Assembly: GCA_963769885.1 (NCBI GenBank)
Contig: CAVYNH010000007.1
Location: forward strand, 448,001-512,000
Source: Methanobacteriota archaeon
GTDB taxonomy: Archaea > Thermoplasmatota > E2 > DHVEG-1
Reading direction: 5' to 3'
Length of the DNA: 64,000 bases
The notes beneath the pieces were generated by a model, which saw only the letters and a program-made list of their open reading frames with translations, was not told where the DNA came from and did not search any database. The position numbers and the translations under genes are program-made. How positions within the stretch are numbered: position 1 is the first letter of the stretch; every line of letters starts with the position of its first letter. This document shows positions 31,136 through 42,012 of this stretch, piece after piece.

Positions 31136-31561
31136 TTACGTAATTAGATAATGACCTCTCATTCCCCTATATGCTGCGCGTGAGCTATGGCGGTGGAGCC
31201 TTCGACGACATCACCCCCTCTTGCGCCGTCTGGCAAAGGCTGATGAGAAAGGAACGCTTGTTCTCCGGCATCTGTCGTGAAACTGGGGGGATTAGCAAGC
31301 GATTTTCTGGCGGCTAGGAGAGTGGCGGCGCGGTCTTTCAAGCGCAGCTTTATCGTTTTTTGAGACGTACCATTCGCATGACCGCGACCGCGATATTCAC
31401 TGAGGATGCCGCTGTTGACTAGACTGGGTTTATTGTAGGGGTTATGATGTTCTTCCTTTCGGGGTGATCTCGATTGGAGAGTCTTCTGAGGATTGGCTAT
31501 CTGACCCGGTGAGAGTTCCTCTGTCCTTCTATTTTTATTTTTTCTCAGTCTACGGTAGTAA

Positions 31562-31950
31562 ATGTGGTGGTCTTTCTATAGATTCGCCTGTTTCCTCTAT
31601 TTTTATCAAAAAGAGCCTTCAGAGGAGTGATAATGCGTCTCGTAACAGATGTGTTTTTGGTGTATCATCGACATTTTACGGTTTTTAATATATATGTCTA
31701 TAAATACATTGATTATTTATATAATTCATTTGTAATTTTTTATTTTTATCCTGTTGATATAATTAAGTTTATAAGGATTGACATCATTCTAATACATTGG
31801 AGGAGGTATACTTGAAACAAGAAACAAAGCAAAGAACTCTATTGAAAAATAGGCTGGTTAAGACAACAGCGTTCTTGACACTGCTTGTCACGGCATCGAT
31901 GCTGTTATCCAGCGTCCCCGCCACGATGCCTCAGAACGCAGCGACAAAAA
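31562..31950 (+). repeat. Duplicated AT-rich promoter plus leader, copy 2
   Basis: Counterpart of 26456-26845. Confidence 0.9.
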
Positions 31951-34900
31951 TGAAGATTGCGACAATAGTGGATCCTAATCCTAATCCCTTAGACGGAGGA
32001 TCGTCCTCACCAAAAAGTGGTGAAAACCTCTTGGCCTACCACGGATATCTGTACGGCGGATATGGTTGGACCACTGGTTTTACCTGGGAAGTCGCCATGC
32101 GCTTGACGCCGACTGAGATGAGTTCCTATGTAGGGCAATATTTCACGGCCGTCAACTGGTTTAACTACCACACCGAACCCTTGAGCGGGTCGATTAGAAT
32201 CTACAACGGCACCGCCACCGGAACCACTACACTGATCAGTCAGACGCCGTACACCGTAACGGGTATCGGCTGGAAACGCATCGTCCTCGGCTCCCCAGTA
32301 AAAGTGCCTGCGACTGGAGACATCTGGGTCTCCGTTCAATTGATGCAGACCCATGGTTATAGATACTATCCCTATGATCAGGGTCCTGCCGTCGTCGGCA
32401 AAAGCGATTGGTATAATACCGGCAGTGGCTGGTCTGAGGTTCGAACTGGTAGTGCAAGCTACAACCGGAGCTGGATGATCGAGGCGATCGTCAGCAGTGC
32501 CGCATCTGATGATGTCGGCGTCAGCGCCATCCTCAGCCCCGTCGGCGGCACAGCCGCTGGCGCACAGACCCCCAGCGTAACGGTCACCAATTACGGTACA
32601 AACGATGCCACCAATATCCCCGTGAACGTGAAGATCGGCGCCGCGGGTGGATCACCAAATATATTGTACCGCGATGGGTTCGAAGCCTACAATGCAACTG
32701 ACGGTAACTTACAGCATTACAATTTCCCACCCGGCTGGACTCGCAGTACAACGAACCGCCTGGCAACGTGGTACGTTTATACCAACTCCCTCGCCAACAG
32801 CTATTCTCAGTACACCCCATGGTATACAAGCACCATGTATCCCAGGATCTTTGAGAATAACACTGCCGCTCAGGACGAGAGCCTGATCAGCCCGGCGATA
32901 AACCTATCTGGCTTGAGCCGCGTCTGTCTGAACTTCACGAAGTACTTCTATTGCTCTGGAGCAGACAGCAAGGTGTATGTGAACTATAGCACGGACGGCG
33001 GCGTAACCTGGGTCCAGCGCTACATGTGGGGCGGTTTAACTACCACGAACAGCACCGCGGTTGCCCTTGACATGTCAGCGTACCCAGGAGTCCTCGGCTG
33101 CACGAACTTTAAGGTGAAGTTCGAGTGGGTCAGCGGCGCAGACGCTTCCCTTGTCGACTACTTCTACTTCGACAACTTCTACGTCTACAAGCCGGTGGCC
33201 TGGGGACCATACGGGAATAATCCGCCCGCAGGCTGGACCATCACGAACGCCTCAACCGGATGGACGTATAACCAATGGCACCGATCCCCCTCGACCTACA
33301 CCAGCTACGACTTCCTTAATTACTATGCCCGTCTCTACTATGCGAGCCCCTACCAGGCGAGGAACGACTCCCTCATCTCACCGGTCATCAACTGCGTAGG
33401 CCTCACCCAAGTCAAGCTGAGTTTCGCCAACTACTGGTACTACGACTCGGCCTACCTTATGCGAGGTTACGTAGAAGGCAGCACGGACGGCGGCGCCACC
33501 TGGCCATACCTGGTTCGGAGCTTCATGTATCCATACGAGTACGTCTATTACACCTATTGCTTCGACATCTCCAGCTGGGCAGCGGGACAGGCGAATGTGA
33601 AGATCCGCTTCCGTTTCGTAGAACCGGCCACGAATTATGGCTCCTACTGGTACATAGATAATGTGTGTGTCGGATCCAATACCGAAACAAGATTGATTGA
33701 GACCTTCGACGGACCCGGATATTTCACGAACTTCAAGGACGTCTCCAGCTACTATGGGGATGGAATGCATTGGATGTACGCGAATAATAAGCAAAATCTC
33801 GGTATCTGGACGAGCCAGGCGTGGCAAAATTCATACTACTATAGCCAAAACTTTGCGACAACCTGGACCACCTGGGCCACACCGGTCATTGCGCCTCACG
33901 GCGGCTTGCGGTTTGGATTCTACTACTACAACTCCGCTCTTGTGCAGAAAAGGCTCTACGCTGGGCCCTTCGACCTCGCGACAGTTCAAGCCCCGAAGCT
34001 GAGCATCTGGATGTTCCATGATGTAAACGGTCCTACCTACAACGACTCAATCCAGGTCCAGGCTTCCTTCGACGGTAAAGCCTGGTTCGACTGCGGCGCC
34101 CCAATCCTGCGTTCGACCACACTCGGAGGCTGGCCAGCCGGATGGGTCAACCATAGCGTCGACCTCACCGGTTTCGGCGGATCCAATACGGTCTACGTCG
34201 CATTCGTTGGAACCCCCCAGACTAGCTACAGCATGGCGATCGATGACATGACCATCTACAACCCCGGTTTCGCCATACGATATGAACGAAACGCCACCGT
34301 TAACCTCACCGCGGGTCAGAGCCAGACCCTAACCTTCGATAGTTGGACGCCGTTAGGATGGCATAACGCGACACAGCAAAACACAACGGTTTCCTACACC
34401 ATCATCGGTCGCACCAACATGGTCGGTGACCAAAAACCGAGCAATGATGCCTTCACGAAATCGATCTCGTTGTACTATCCGTTCATCAACGACGTGAAGG
34501 TCGACAGCATCCTCCAGCCAGTCAGCGGTACCGCGCAGACGCTGCCCGTCTCCCTCGTCGTCAAGAACATCGGGCAGGACCCCGAGTATCCATTCTTCGT
34601 CAAGGCTGAAATCGGCACGACAACCCATATTATTAACGGGTACTCCTCGAGCTTCGATATCGACAACGGCAGTTTCGTGGTCCGCAACGGCACCCAATGG
34701 GAGTGGGGCGTACCCACAAGCGGCCCCATGGCGGCACACTCCGGGACGAAACTCTGGGCGACTAAGCTCGCGGGCAACTACGAGAACCAACGCGCCGCCC
34801 TTATGTCACCGCAAGTCACCGTCCCAGCCACCAACTCGATGCTGACATACTGGCACTGGTATGACTTCGAGAACAGCTACGACGGGTACAACGTCAAGAT

Positions 34901-36398
34901 CTCCACCAACAACGGGACAACCTGGACGCTGATGACACCGGTCTCGCCTGCCTACTCCGGAGTGACCAACACCGCGAACCCACTCGGAAACGGCGTTGCT
35001 GGCATCCCCATCTACACCAACCATGGGTTTAATTACTGGGCGATGGTGACTTTCAACCTGGCGGCCTACGCCAACCAGACCGTGAGGATCTGCTTCGACT
35101 TCGGCGCTGACACCTCGGTCTTCTACCCCGGTGCCTACATCGACGACGTGCTGATTGGATCGGATACAGTGGTCCTGACGATGGAGTACACACAGTACGC
35201 GGCGGTCACCACCGTGCTCAACCCCGGTGAGTCCCGCACGCTGACCTTCCTCAACTGGACCCCCGCTAACATCGCCGCAGGCGTCCCCGGCACCATCGAG
35301 TACGCTGTCAAGGGAACCACCCTGCTGCCAACCGACGGCAACACCGCAAACGACATGAAACAAAAAATCTTCGCACTCGACTACTGGCATGATGTGAGTG
35401 TGACCGCGATCACCTCCCCAAGCTTGGTGAAAGTCCTAAGCTTGAAAGCCCCAAGCTTGAAAGCCGTCCTCTACAAGGCACCCGGCGTGCAACAAATCAA
35501 GGGCACCGTTAAGAACACCGGGACGTTCAACGAGATAGGACTAGTCGCGCATGCGGTCATCACCAACACCACTGCAGAGGTCTACAACAACACCGTCGGC
35601 AGCATCAACCTCCCGGCACTCACCGGTCAACAAGATTTGACCTTCCCTGACCAAAACTTTGTCGTTGAAGGACTCTACACCCTGACCATGAGCCTGCCGC
35701 TGTCAGGAGACAAATACCCGACCAACAACCAGCAGACCCTCAGCATCGGCATTGACGCGACCCCACCGACCACCACCGCTGCCTTGAACCCGGTGAACCC
35801 GAACGGGCTCGCCAACTGGTACATCACGAACCCCACGGTCACCCTCACCGCAAGCGACCCAATCCTCAGCGGTGGCGGCTCCACTCCGGGATCCGGCGTC
35901 GCCAGCATCAAGTACAAGATCGACTCCGGCGTCGAGATGACCTACACGGGCTCGCCGTTCCCAATCACCGGCGACGGCTCGCACACGGTCACCTACTGGT
36001 CCATCGACAAGGTCGGCAACACCGAGACACAAAAGACCACGCCGCCCATCAAGATCGACACAACCCCACCGCTCGTGAACATCACGAAGGAGAAGCACCT
36101 GAACTCGATGATCTTCACCGCCAACGCCACCGACGCAACCAGCGGCATGAACCGGGTCGAGTTCTACGTGGAAGACGCCCTGCAGTTCGTGGACACCGAG
36201 GCCCCATACCAGTGGACCATGAGCCCCGTGCCCCCGGGCACGAACCTGACGGTCAAGGCCATCGCCTACGACAACGCCGGCCTCTTCGCCTCGATTACGA
36301 CGGGATCGGTCGTCTCACAGCCAACCTGGCAGACCCAGCCCGCCCAGCAACAGACCCAGGGGACAGCCACGCAGCAACAAGTCAGTAGGACAAACTAA
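31812..36398 (+). CDS. Large secreted cleaved-adhesin/MAM-like, CARDB and Ig-like domain protein with Gln-rich tail
   Basis: Signal peptide, repeated LISP...STDGG.TW...IDN/IDD modules, DVGVSAILSP linkers, YWSIDKVGN and C-terminal QTQPAQQQTQG. TTG start after GGAGG. Confidence 0.8.
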   Translation: MKQETKQRTLLKNRLVKTTAFLTLLVTASMLLSSVPATMPQNAATKMKIATIVDPNPNPLDGGSSSPKSGENLLAYHGYLYGGYGWTTGFTWEVAMRLTPTEMSSYVGQYFTAVNWFNYHTEPLSGSIRIYNGTATGTTTLISQTPYTVTGIGWKRIVLGSPVKVPATGDIWVSVQLMQTHGYRYYPYDQGPAVVGKSDWYNTGSGWSEVRTGSASYNRSWMIEAIVSSAASDDVGVSAILSPVGGTAAGAQTPSVTVTNYGTNDATNIPVNVKIGAAGGSPNILYRDGFEAYNATDGNLQHYNFPPGWTRSTTNRLATWYVYTNSLANSYSQYTPWYTSTMYPRIFENNTAAQDESLISPAINLSGLSRVCLNFTKYFYCSGADSKVYVNYSTDGGVTWVQRYMWGGLTTTNSTAVALDMSAYPGVLGCTNFKVKFEWVSGADASLVDYFYFDNFYVYKPVAWGPYGNNPPAGWTITNASTGWTYNQWHRSPSTYTSYDFLNYYARLYYASPYQARNDSLISPVINCVGLTQVKLSFANYWYYDSAYLMRGYVEGSTDGGATWPYLVRSFMYPYEYVYYTYCFDISSWAAGQANVKIRFRFVEPATNYGSYWYIDNVCVGSNTETRLIETFDGPGYFTNFKDVSSYYGDGMHWMYANNKQNLGIWTSQAWQNSYYYSQNFATTWTTWATPVIAPHGGLRFGFYYYNSALVQKRLYAGPFDLATVQAPKLSIWMFHDVNGPTYNDSIQVQASFDGKAWFDCGAPILRSTTLGGWPAGWVNHSVDLTGFGGSNTVYVAFVGTPQTSYSMAIDDMTIYNPGFAIRYERNATVNLTAGQSQTLTFDSWTPLGWHNATQQNTTVSYTIIGRTNMVGDQKPSNDAFTKSISLYYPFINDVKVDSILQPVSGTAQTLPVSLVVKNIGQDPEYPFFVKAEIGTTTHIINGYSSSFDIDNGSFVVRNGTQWEWGVPTSGPMAAHSGTKLWATKLAGNYENQRAALMSPQVTVPATNSMLTYWHWYDFENSYDGYNVKISTNNGTTWTLMTPVSPAYSGVTNTANPLGNGVAGIPIYTNHGFNYWAMVTFNLAAYANQTVRICFDFGADTSVFYPGAYIDDVLIGSDTVVLTMEYTQYAAVTTVLNPGESRTLTFLNWTPANIAAGVPGTIEYAVKGTTLLPTDGNTANDMKQKIFALDYWHDVSVTAITSPSLVKVLSLKAPSLKAVLYKAPGVQQIKGTVKNTGTFNEIGLVAHAVITNTTAEVYNNTVGSINLPALTGQQDLTFPDQNFVVEGLYTLTMSLPLSGDKYPTNNQQTLSIGIDATPPTTTAALNPVNPNGLANWYITNPTVTLTASDPILSGGGSTPGSGVASIKYKIDSGVEMTYTGSPFPITGDGSHTVTYWSIDKVGNTETQKTTPPIKIDTTPPLVNITKEKHLNSMIFTANATDATSGMNRVEFYVEDALQFVDTEAPYQWTMSPVPPGTNLTVKAIAYDNAGLFASITTGSVVSQPTWQTQPAQQQTQGTATQQQVSRTN

Positions 36399-36633
36399 CA
36401 AGGACACCCGAACAAGGGAGGACACCCTCCTCCCCCCTCTCTTCTTTTTTAATACTCAAGCCTCCAGCGGATAGCAGATCCCCCCGCCCTCCTGATGACT
36501 TGGAGGGAGCCAGCCTCGTCCGCCGACTCATCAATTTATATATATGAAATCTATAATTAATTCTAACAAGGACCCTGCCTGCATCAGGTTAACCGACCCT
36601 CACCACTCCCACTAGGATATGGAGATGTAACTT

Positions 36634-39294
36634 ATGACCATACCACCAGCTCACTCCAATAGATCCACCACCCGGCTCCTGGCCCTGGCGCTCTGCCTGA
36701 CCATGTGCCTGCCCCCCGCAATCATCGTCAGCGCCGCTGAAAACCACACCAATCACGCACCCACGACGCTCACCTACCAGTTCGCCTTCGAGCCACCCAC
36801 GCTCACGACCACCCGTCTCTACGGCCGCACGTTCTCCCAACTCCACCTCAGCGGCGCTATGAACCTCGGCAAGGACGTCGGCGGACCCAGCATGCCGGTC
36901 AGCTTCGTGAAGCTCGCCTTGCCAGCCGAGACGACCATCGAGGCCATCACGGTCACCGGTCCCGCGCAGACCATCAACGCCCCGGGCCTCCTCCAGCAGC
37001 CCCTCATGCCCTTCCAGCGCGAGCTACCGTTCTCCAGCCCAGCCCCCACCGAGATCGCCTACGACGCGGCACTCTACCACCTGACCACCCCCTACCCCTC
37101 GACCACCTACGACGACGACTACAGCATCGGCTACTGCCGCGGCTACACCATCCTCTCCCTCCCCCTCATGTCTGTCCAGTACATCCCCAACTCTGGGACC
37201 CTCCTCTTTCATCCGCAGCTGACCATCAGCATCACCCTGAAGCCTGCTGCAGCGAACCCGCTCCTCCGCTACTCCGCTGACGATGAAGCCTGGGTGCGCA
37301 GCCTCGTCAGCAACCCCGAAGTCCTATCAAGCTACGGGTCCGTCAAAGGCCCCTTCACCTACCCCGGCGGCCTCTGCGGCCCAAGCCAACACTATGATTA
37401 CGTCATCATCACCACCACCACCAACAGCCTGAACCAGTGGGCGACCAACAGCACCGTCCCCTACAACTGGGACAGCCTCCTCGCCCAGCATGCGATGGAG
37501 GGCCTCTCGGGCACCGTCGTCACGACCCAGGTAATCCAAGCCTGCCATGACTACTACAACCCCGACCCGCTCTTCAACGACAGCCAGGCACGCATCCGTG
37601 AGTTTTGCAAGGACGCCTACCAGGACTGGGGGACCATGTACGTCCTGATCGGCGCCGATGGGGAAGCCAATTACATCCCCGCGCGCCTCATGGACTATTC
37701 CTACGAATCCAACGTGGATGCAGATATCTATTGGAGCAACCTGGACAACACCTTCAACGCCGACCATGACACCCATTGGGGCGAGGAAGGCGACCTCGGC
37801 TTCGACCTCTACAGCGAGCTGTACATCGGACGGCTCACCTGCGACACTCCAAAGGATGTCTCCAACTGGATGACGAAGAGCTTCGAGTACATCAACGAGA
37901 ACAACCTCAACATCCTGGAGAATGCCGCGTTCTACGGCGGCGACACCACCTGGAACTGCCAGGGAGACGACTTCGTCGACTACAGCGCCATAAAAGGGAC
38001 GACGAACTGGCTGGGCCCCAACCCAGGCGCCCACGGCGCCTACCCCGCCTGGCTCGGCTTCCAGTACGGCTTCCAGACCTGGAACCAGCACAACCCCGCG
38101 ATCCCCTATAACCTCACCCAGGCATGGACCGCGGAGCCGACCAACCCCGGCTGGAGAGGCGGCTCTGAGTCCGCGGCTATCGCGGGCCTTCGCAACGCCA
38201 TCAACAGCAACAACGTCACCCTTCTCTCAGGCATTGCCCACGCGGATCCCACCATGTCATTAGACGTCTACGATTCTGACTGGCGGACGCTGTATACCAA
38301 CACCAAGCCGTTTTTCATCACCGACTACGGCTGCCACTGCGGCGACTTCACTGGCGCCGACGACGGCGTCCTCGACGCCATGCTGTTCTACTCAACCCAT
38401 CTCGCCTTCGGCTGCACCTACAACACCGGGTACGGCTGGGGATCCCAAAGCGACACCAACTCATCAAGCGCCCTGCAGCAGAAGCTGTTCTGGGACTACA
38501 TGTTCGACATGACGAACCACTCGAACAACACCGCAAACTGGCAGTTGGGCAAGGCCCATGCCTACTCCAAGGACGAGATGGCGCCCACCGTCAATTGGAC
38601 CTACACCGGTGCTCCGGGCAGCTGGCGCGGCATCATCGAAAGCTGCCTGCTCTTCGCAGACCCGGCACAGCGGATAAAGCCCGTCAGGCTGAACCATCAG
38701 CCCACCATCCCTACGACGCCAGACGGGCCGACCTCCGGGACGGTCGCGGTGAACTACACCTTCACCACGAGTGCGACTGACCCGGACAACGACAGTCTCT
38801 ACTACCGTTTCGACTGGGGCGACGGTACCACCAGCGGCTGGGTCGGGCCGTTCGACTCCGGGGCATCAGGGAATGCCTCCCATTTCTGGACCTCCGGGGG
38901 CAACTTCACGGTCAAGGTCCAGGCGAGAGACTTCCAATTCTCCACCGAGTGGTCAGACTCGATCATCATCCGGGTCGGCTGCCCAATCCTGCAAGTCCAA
39001 GACATCAAGGGCGGCATCGGCGTCAGGGTCACCTTCCTCAACGTCGGCGACGGCAACGCAATCACCAACTGGCGCATCACGGTGACCGGCGGCCGGATCA
39101 GCCTCCAGAAGACCGGCCAGATTGAGTCCCTGCCCGTCAACGAGCCGCAGACTGTCCGTCCCTTCCCGCTCTTCTCGGGCCTTGGGAAGATCAAGATCAT
39201 GGTGGAGGCCAGCGCCGTGTACGGCAACGAGCTTACCGCGCATGCGACCGGCTTCCTCCTCGGACCATTCGTCCTTAGAATTGCTATGAGTTAG
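36634..39294 (+). CDS. Secreted C25 peptidase, paralog of 23241
   Basis: YVLIGAD, GFDLYSELYIGR, IAHAD, GCHCGDF, LFADP and PKD. Confidence 0.85.
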   Translation: MTIPPAHSNRSTTRLLALALCLTMCLPPAIIVSAAENHTNHAPTTLTYQFAFEPPTLTTTRLYGRTFSQLHLSGAMNLGKDVGGPSMPVSFVKLALPAETTIEAITVTGPAQTINAPGLLQQPLMPFQRELPFSSPAPTEIAYDAALYHLTTPYPSTTYDDDYSIGYCRGYTILSLPLMSVQYIPNSGTLLFHPQLTISITLKPAAANPLLRYSADDEAWVRSLVSNPEVLSSYGSVKGPFTYPGGLCGPSQHYDYVIITTTTNSLNQWATNSTVPYNWDSLLAQHAMEGLSGTVVTTQVIQACHDYYNPDPLFNDSQARIREFCKDAYQDWGTMYVLIGADGEANYIPARLMDYSYESNVDADIYWSNLDNTFNADHDTHWGEEGDLGFDLYSELYIGRLTCDTPKDVSNWMTKSFEYINENNLNILENAAFYGGDTTWNCQGDDFVDYSAIKGTTNWLGPNPGAHGAYPAWLGFQYGFQTWNQHNPAIPYNLTQAWTAEPTNPGWRGGSESAAIAGLRNAINSNNVTLLSGIAHADPTMSLDVYDSDWRTLYTNTKPFFITDYGCHCGDFTGADDGVLDAMLFYSTHLAFGCTYNTGYGWGSQSDTNSSSALQQKLFWDYMFDMTNHSNNTANWQLGKAHAYSKDEMAPTVNWTYTGAPGSWRGIIESCLLFADPAQRIKPVRLNHQPTIPTTPDGPTSGTVAVNYTFTTSATDPDNDSLYYRFDWGDGTTSGWVGPFDSGASGNASHFWTSGGNFTVKVQARDFQFSTEWSDSIIIRVGCPILQVQDIKGGIGVRVTFLNVGDGNAITNWRITVTGGRISLQKTGQIESLPVNEPQTVRPFPLFSGLGKIKIMVEASAVYGNELTAHATGFLLGPFVLRIAMS

Positions 39295-39317
39295 GAGAAG
39301 ATATAGGAAAGTAAGAG

Positions 39318-41939
39318 ATGAAACCTATGAACAATAACCATCGAAACGGTATCGTGGCAGCGGCAATCCTGATGCTCCTTCTCGGAGCCTTCCTGCCGCT
39401 CCACCAGGTCAGCGCCGGACAGACGCAGAATCCCCTCAGGATCTCAGTCGCGACGGACGACGACGCCATCACCATCACCTATGATATCGACGGCGTCATC
39501 ATGAACCCTGTGACCATCAGCGGGCAGGCGTACACCATCCCCCGCCTCAGTGGAGAATCCCACCTACTCATCGCAGGAGAGCCGGATCTGCCCTTGATCT
39601 GCCGCAGCGTCATCATCCCGGGCACCGCCCGGATGCAGGCCCAGGTCACAGACGCCTCCTATGTCGACTACACCGGCGTCCGCGTCGCCCCCTCCAAGGG
39701 AAACCTGAAGCGGACGGTGAACCCTGATGAGGTCCCGTACACGCTCGGGTCCGTCTACGACTCAGACGCCTGGTACCCGGCCTCGCCGGTCTCCCTGCGC
39801 GAGCCGTACATCCTGCGCGACTACCGCGGGCAGACCGTGGTCCTTTGCCCCGTGCAGTACAACCCTGTCCGCCAGACCCTGCGGGTGTACTCCCAGGTGA
39901 CCGTCCAGGTCACGGTCGTCGGCGAGGACACCGTCAACTGCCTGCCGCGTACAGCGCCCGTCACCAAGGTTGATTCGTGCTACGCGGACATCTACGCCCA
40001 TCAGTTCCTCAACTACGGCACCGGGCGGTACACCCCAGTGGCGGAACAAGGCAACATGCTCATCATCACCTACGACAGTTTCTACCAGGACATGGTGCCC
40101 TTCCTGCAGTGGAAGATCAGCGAAGGCATCCCCACGCAGATGGTGAACGTCTCCACCATCGGCAACGCGAACGCGATTAAATCCTACATCGCCAACTACT
40201 ACAACACCCAGGGGCTGACGTTCGTCCTGCTCGTCGGCGACTCCGCGCAACTGCCGACCTACATGCTCTCCGGCGACGCCTCAGACCCCAGCTACTCCTA
40301 CGTCGTCGGCAGTGACCATTACCAGGACCTGTTCGTCGGGCGGTTCTCCGCTGAGAATAACGCCCAGGTCCAGACCCAGGTCCAGCGCAGCATCGAATAC
40401 GAACGGGACCCGCAGATCTCGGCCGCTTGGTACAACAAGGGATTGGGCATCGGCTCAGAGTTCGGCCCTGGCGATGACAACGAGTATGATTATCAGCACA
40501 TCCGGAACATCCGCACCGACCTCATGAGCTACACGTATACCGCGGTCGACGAGCTCTATGGCGGCAGCCAGGGCGGCCTAGACCCACCCGGTGAGCCGAC
40601 GACGACGATGGTGGCCACCTCGGTCAACGACGGCCGCAGCATCATCAACTACTGCGGGCACGGCGACGTCACCCTCTGGGGGACGAGCAGCTTCAGCGTC
40701 ACGAACGTGAACCAGCTCACCAACGACAACATGCTGCCCTTCATCGACTCCGTGGCGTGTTACGTGGGCGACTTCGATGGCCAGACCTGCTTCTGCGAGG
40801 CCTGGCTGCGCGCGACCCACAACGGCGAGCCCACCGGGGCGATCGCGCATTTCGGCTCCACCATCTCCCAGAGCTGGGATCCTCCCATGGACGCGGAGGA
40901 TGAGACGGTCGACCTTGTCTGCGAGCACTATACCAGTAACGTCAAGCATACCGTCGGCGGGATCTACTACTGCGGTTGCATGCTGATGAATGACGATTAC
41001 GGCACCGCGGGCACCGGGGAGACCGACTACTGGACAATCTTCGGCGACCCGTCGCTGCAGATCCGTACGGCCACCCCGGCACCGCTCAGCGTCACCCACA
41101 ACCCTGGCATCCCGATCGGCAGCGAGTTCTTCGATGTGACCGTCGCTGGCGTCCAGGGCGCACGCTGCGCCATCTCCCGCAGTGGTGAGCTCATCGGGGT
41201 CGGCTACACGGATGCCACCGGCTTGGCTCATATCTTGTTCAACGGGCCGTTGTATGGGGCCCAACCGGTCAAGCTCGTGGTCACCGCGTACAACAAGCAG
41301 CCCTACATGGCCGACCTTGTGGTCTTCGCAGGGTCACCGCCGTCGACGCCTGCCGCGCCCACAGGGCCCGCCGTAGGCAACGTCGGCGTCAACTACTCGT
41401 TCACGGCCACCACCTCAGACCCGGACAACGATACCGTCTCCTATCGGTTCGACTGGGGCGACGGCAACATCAGCGGCTGGGTCGGCCCCTATGCCTCCGG
41501 TACGCCGGGATCCACGGGCCATGCCTGGGCGGACGGCGGCACCTTCAGCGTCCGCTGTCAGGCCAAGGACGTCTACGGACTGCCGAGCAACTGGTCCGAG
41601 CCCTCCAGCATCCACATCCTCAAGCCGAACGTGACCATCAAGAGAATCGCCAGCAGCCTGCTGGGCATCAGCATCGTCGTCGACAACGTCGGCGACGCCA
41701 ACGCCAGCCTCATCCCCTGGTCCGTTGACTGCAAGCGGCTGTTCGACTATCTCCCCCAGTTCAGCCAGCACTTCGAGGGCAACATCACGGAGATCGCGGC
41801 CGGCGGCACGAAACGAGTACACGTCGGACCGTTAATAAATATCGGCATGACACAAATGACCATAAAAGTCTATGATAAAGTAACCCATGCTACAGGAATA
41901 ATCCTTGGCATGATGGTCATCGTCATCCCGACGGCCTAA
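39318..41939 (+). CDS. Gingipain R-like C25 peptidase with C25 C-terminal Ig domain and PKD
   Basis: APSKGNL propeptide, FVLLVGD, VGRFSAE, NYCGHG (His), VACYVGDF (Cys), SWDPPM and FGDPSL. Confidence 0.92.
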   Translation: MKPMNNNHRNGIVAAAILMLLLGAFLPLHQVSAGQTQNPLRISVATDDDAITITYDIDGVIMNPVTISGQAYTIPRLSGESHLLIAGEPDLPLICRSVIIPGTARMQAQVTDASYVDYTGVRVAPSKGNLKRTVNPDEVPYTLGSVYDSDAWYPASPVSLREPYILRDYRGQTVVLCPVQYNPVRQTLRVYSQVTVQVTVVGEDTVNCLPRTAPVTKVDSCYADIYAHQFLNYGTGRYTPVAEQGNMLIITYDSFYQDMVPFLQWKISEGIPTQMVNVSTIGNANAIKSYIANYYNTQGLTFVLLVGDSAQLPTYMLSGDASDPSYSYVVGSDHYQDLFVGRFSAENNAQVQTQVQRSIEYERDPQISAAWYNKGLGIGSEFGPGDDNEYDYQHIRNIRTDLMSYTYTAVDELYGGSQGGLDPPGEPTTTMVATSVNDGRSIINYCGHGDVTLWGTSSFSVTNVNQLTNDNMLPFIDSVACYVGDFDGQTCFCEAWLRATHNGEPTGAIAHFGSTISQSWDPPMDAEDETVDLVCEHYTSNVKHTVGGIYYCGCMLMNDDYGTAGTGETDYWTIFGDPSLQIRTATPAPLSVTHNPGIPIGSEFFDVTVAGVQGARCAISRSGELIGVGYTDATGLAHILFNGPLYGAQPVKLVVTAYNKQPYMADLVVFAGSPPSTPAAPTGPAVGNVGVNYSFTATTSDPDNDTVSYRFDWGDGNISGWVGPYASGTPGSTGHAWADGGTFSVRCQAKDVYGLPSNWSEPSSIHILKPNVTIKRIASSLLGISIVVDNVGDANASLIPWSVDCKRLFDYLPQFSQHFEGNITEIAAGGTKRVHVGPLINIGMTQMTIKVYDKVTHATGIILGMMVIVIPTA

Positions 41940-42012
41940 GAAAGATTAATCAGCATGGGGAGATATTATTCTCCCCATACCTTTGTTTTACCGACAACAG
42001 GGGAAGCACACC

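Noticed and set aside
26865-36398. Diversity-generating retroelement (TR/VR pairs)
   Set aside because: No reverse transcriptase is in the window, and repeat differences are not adenine-specific.
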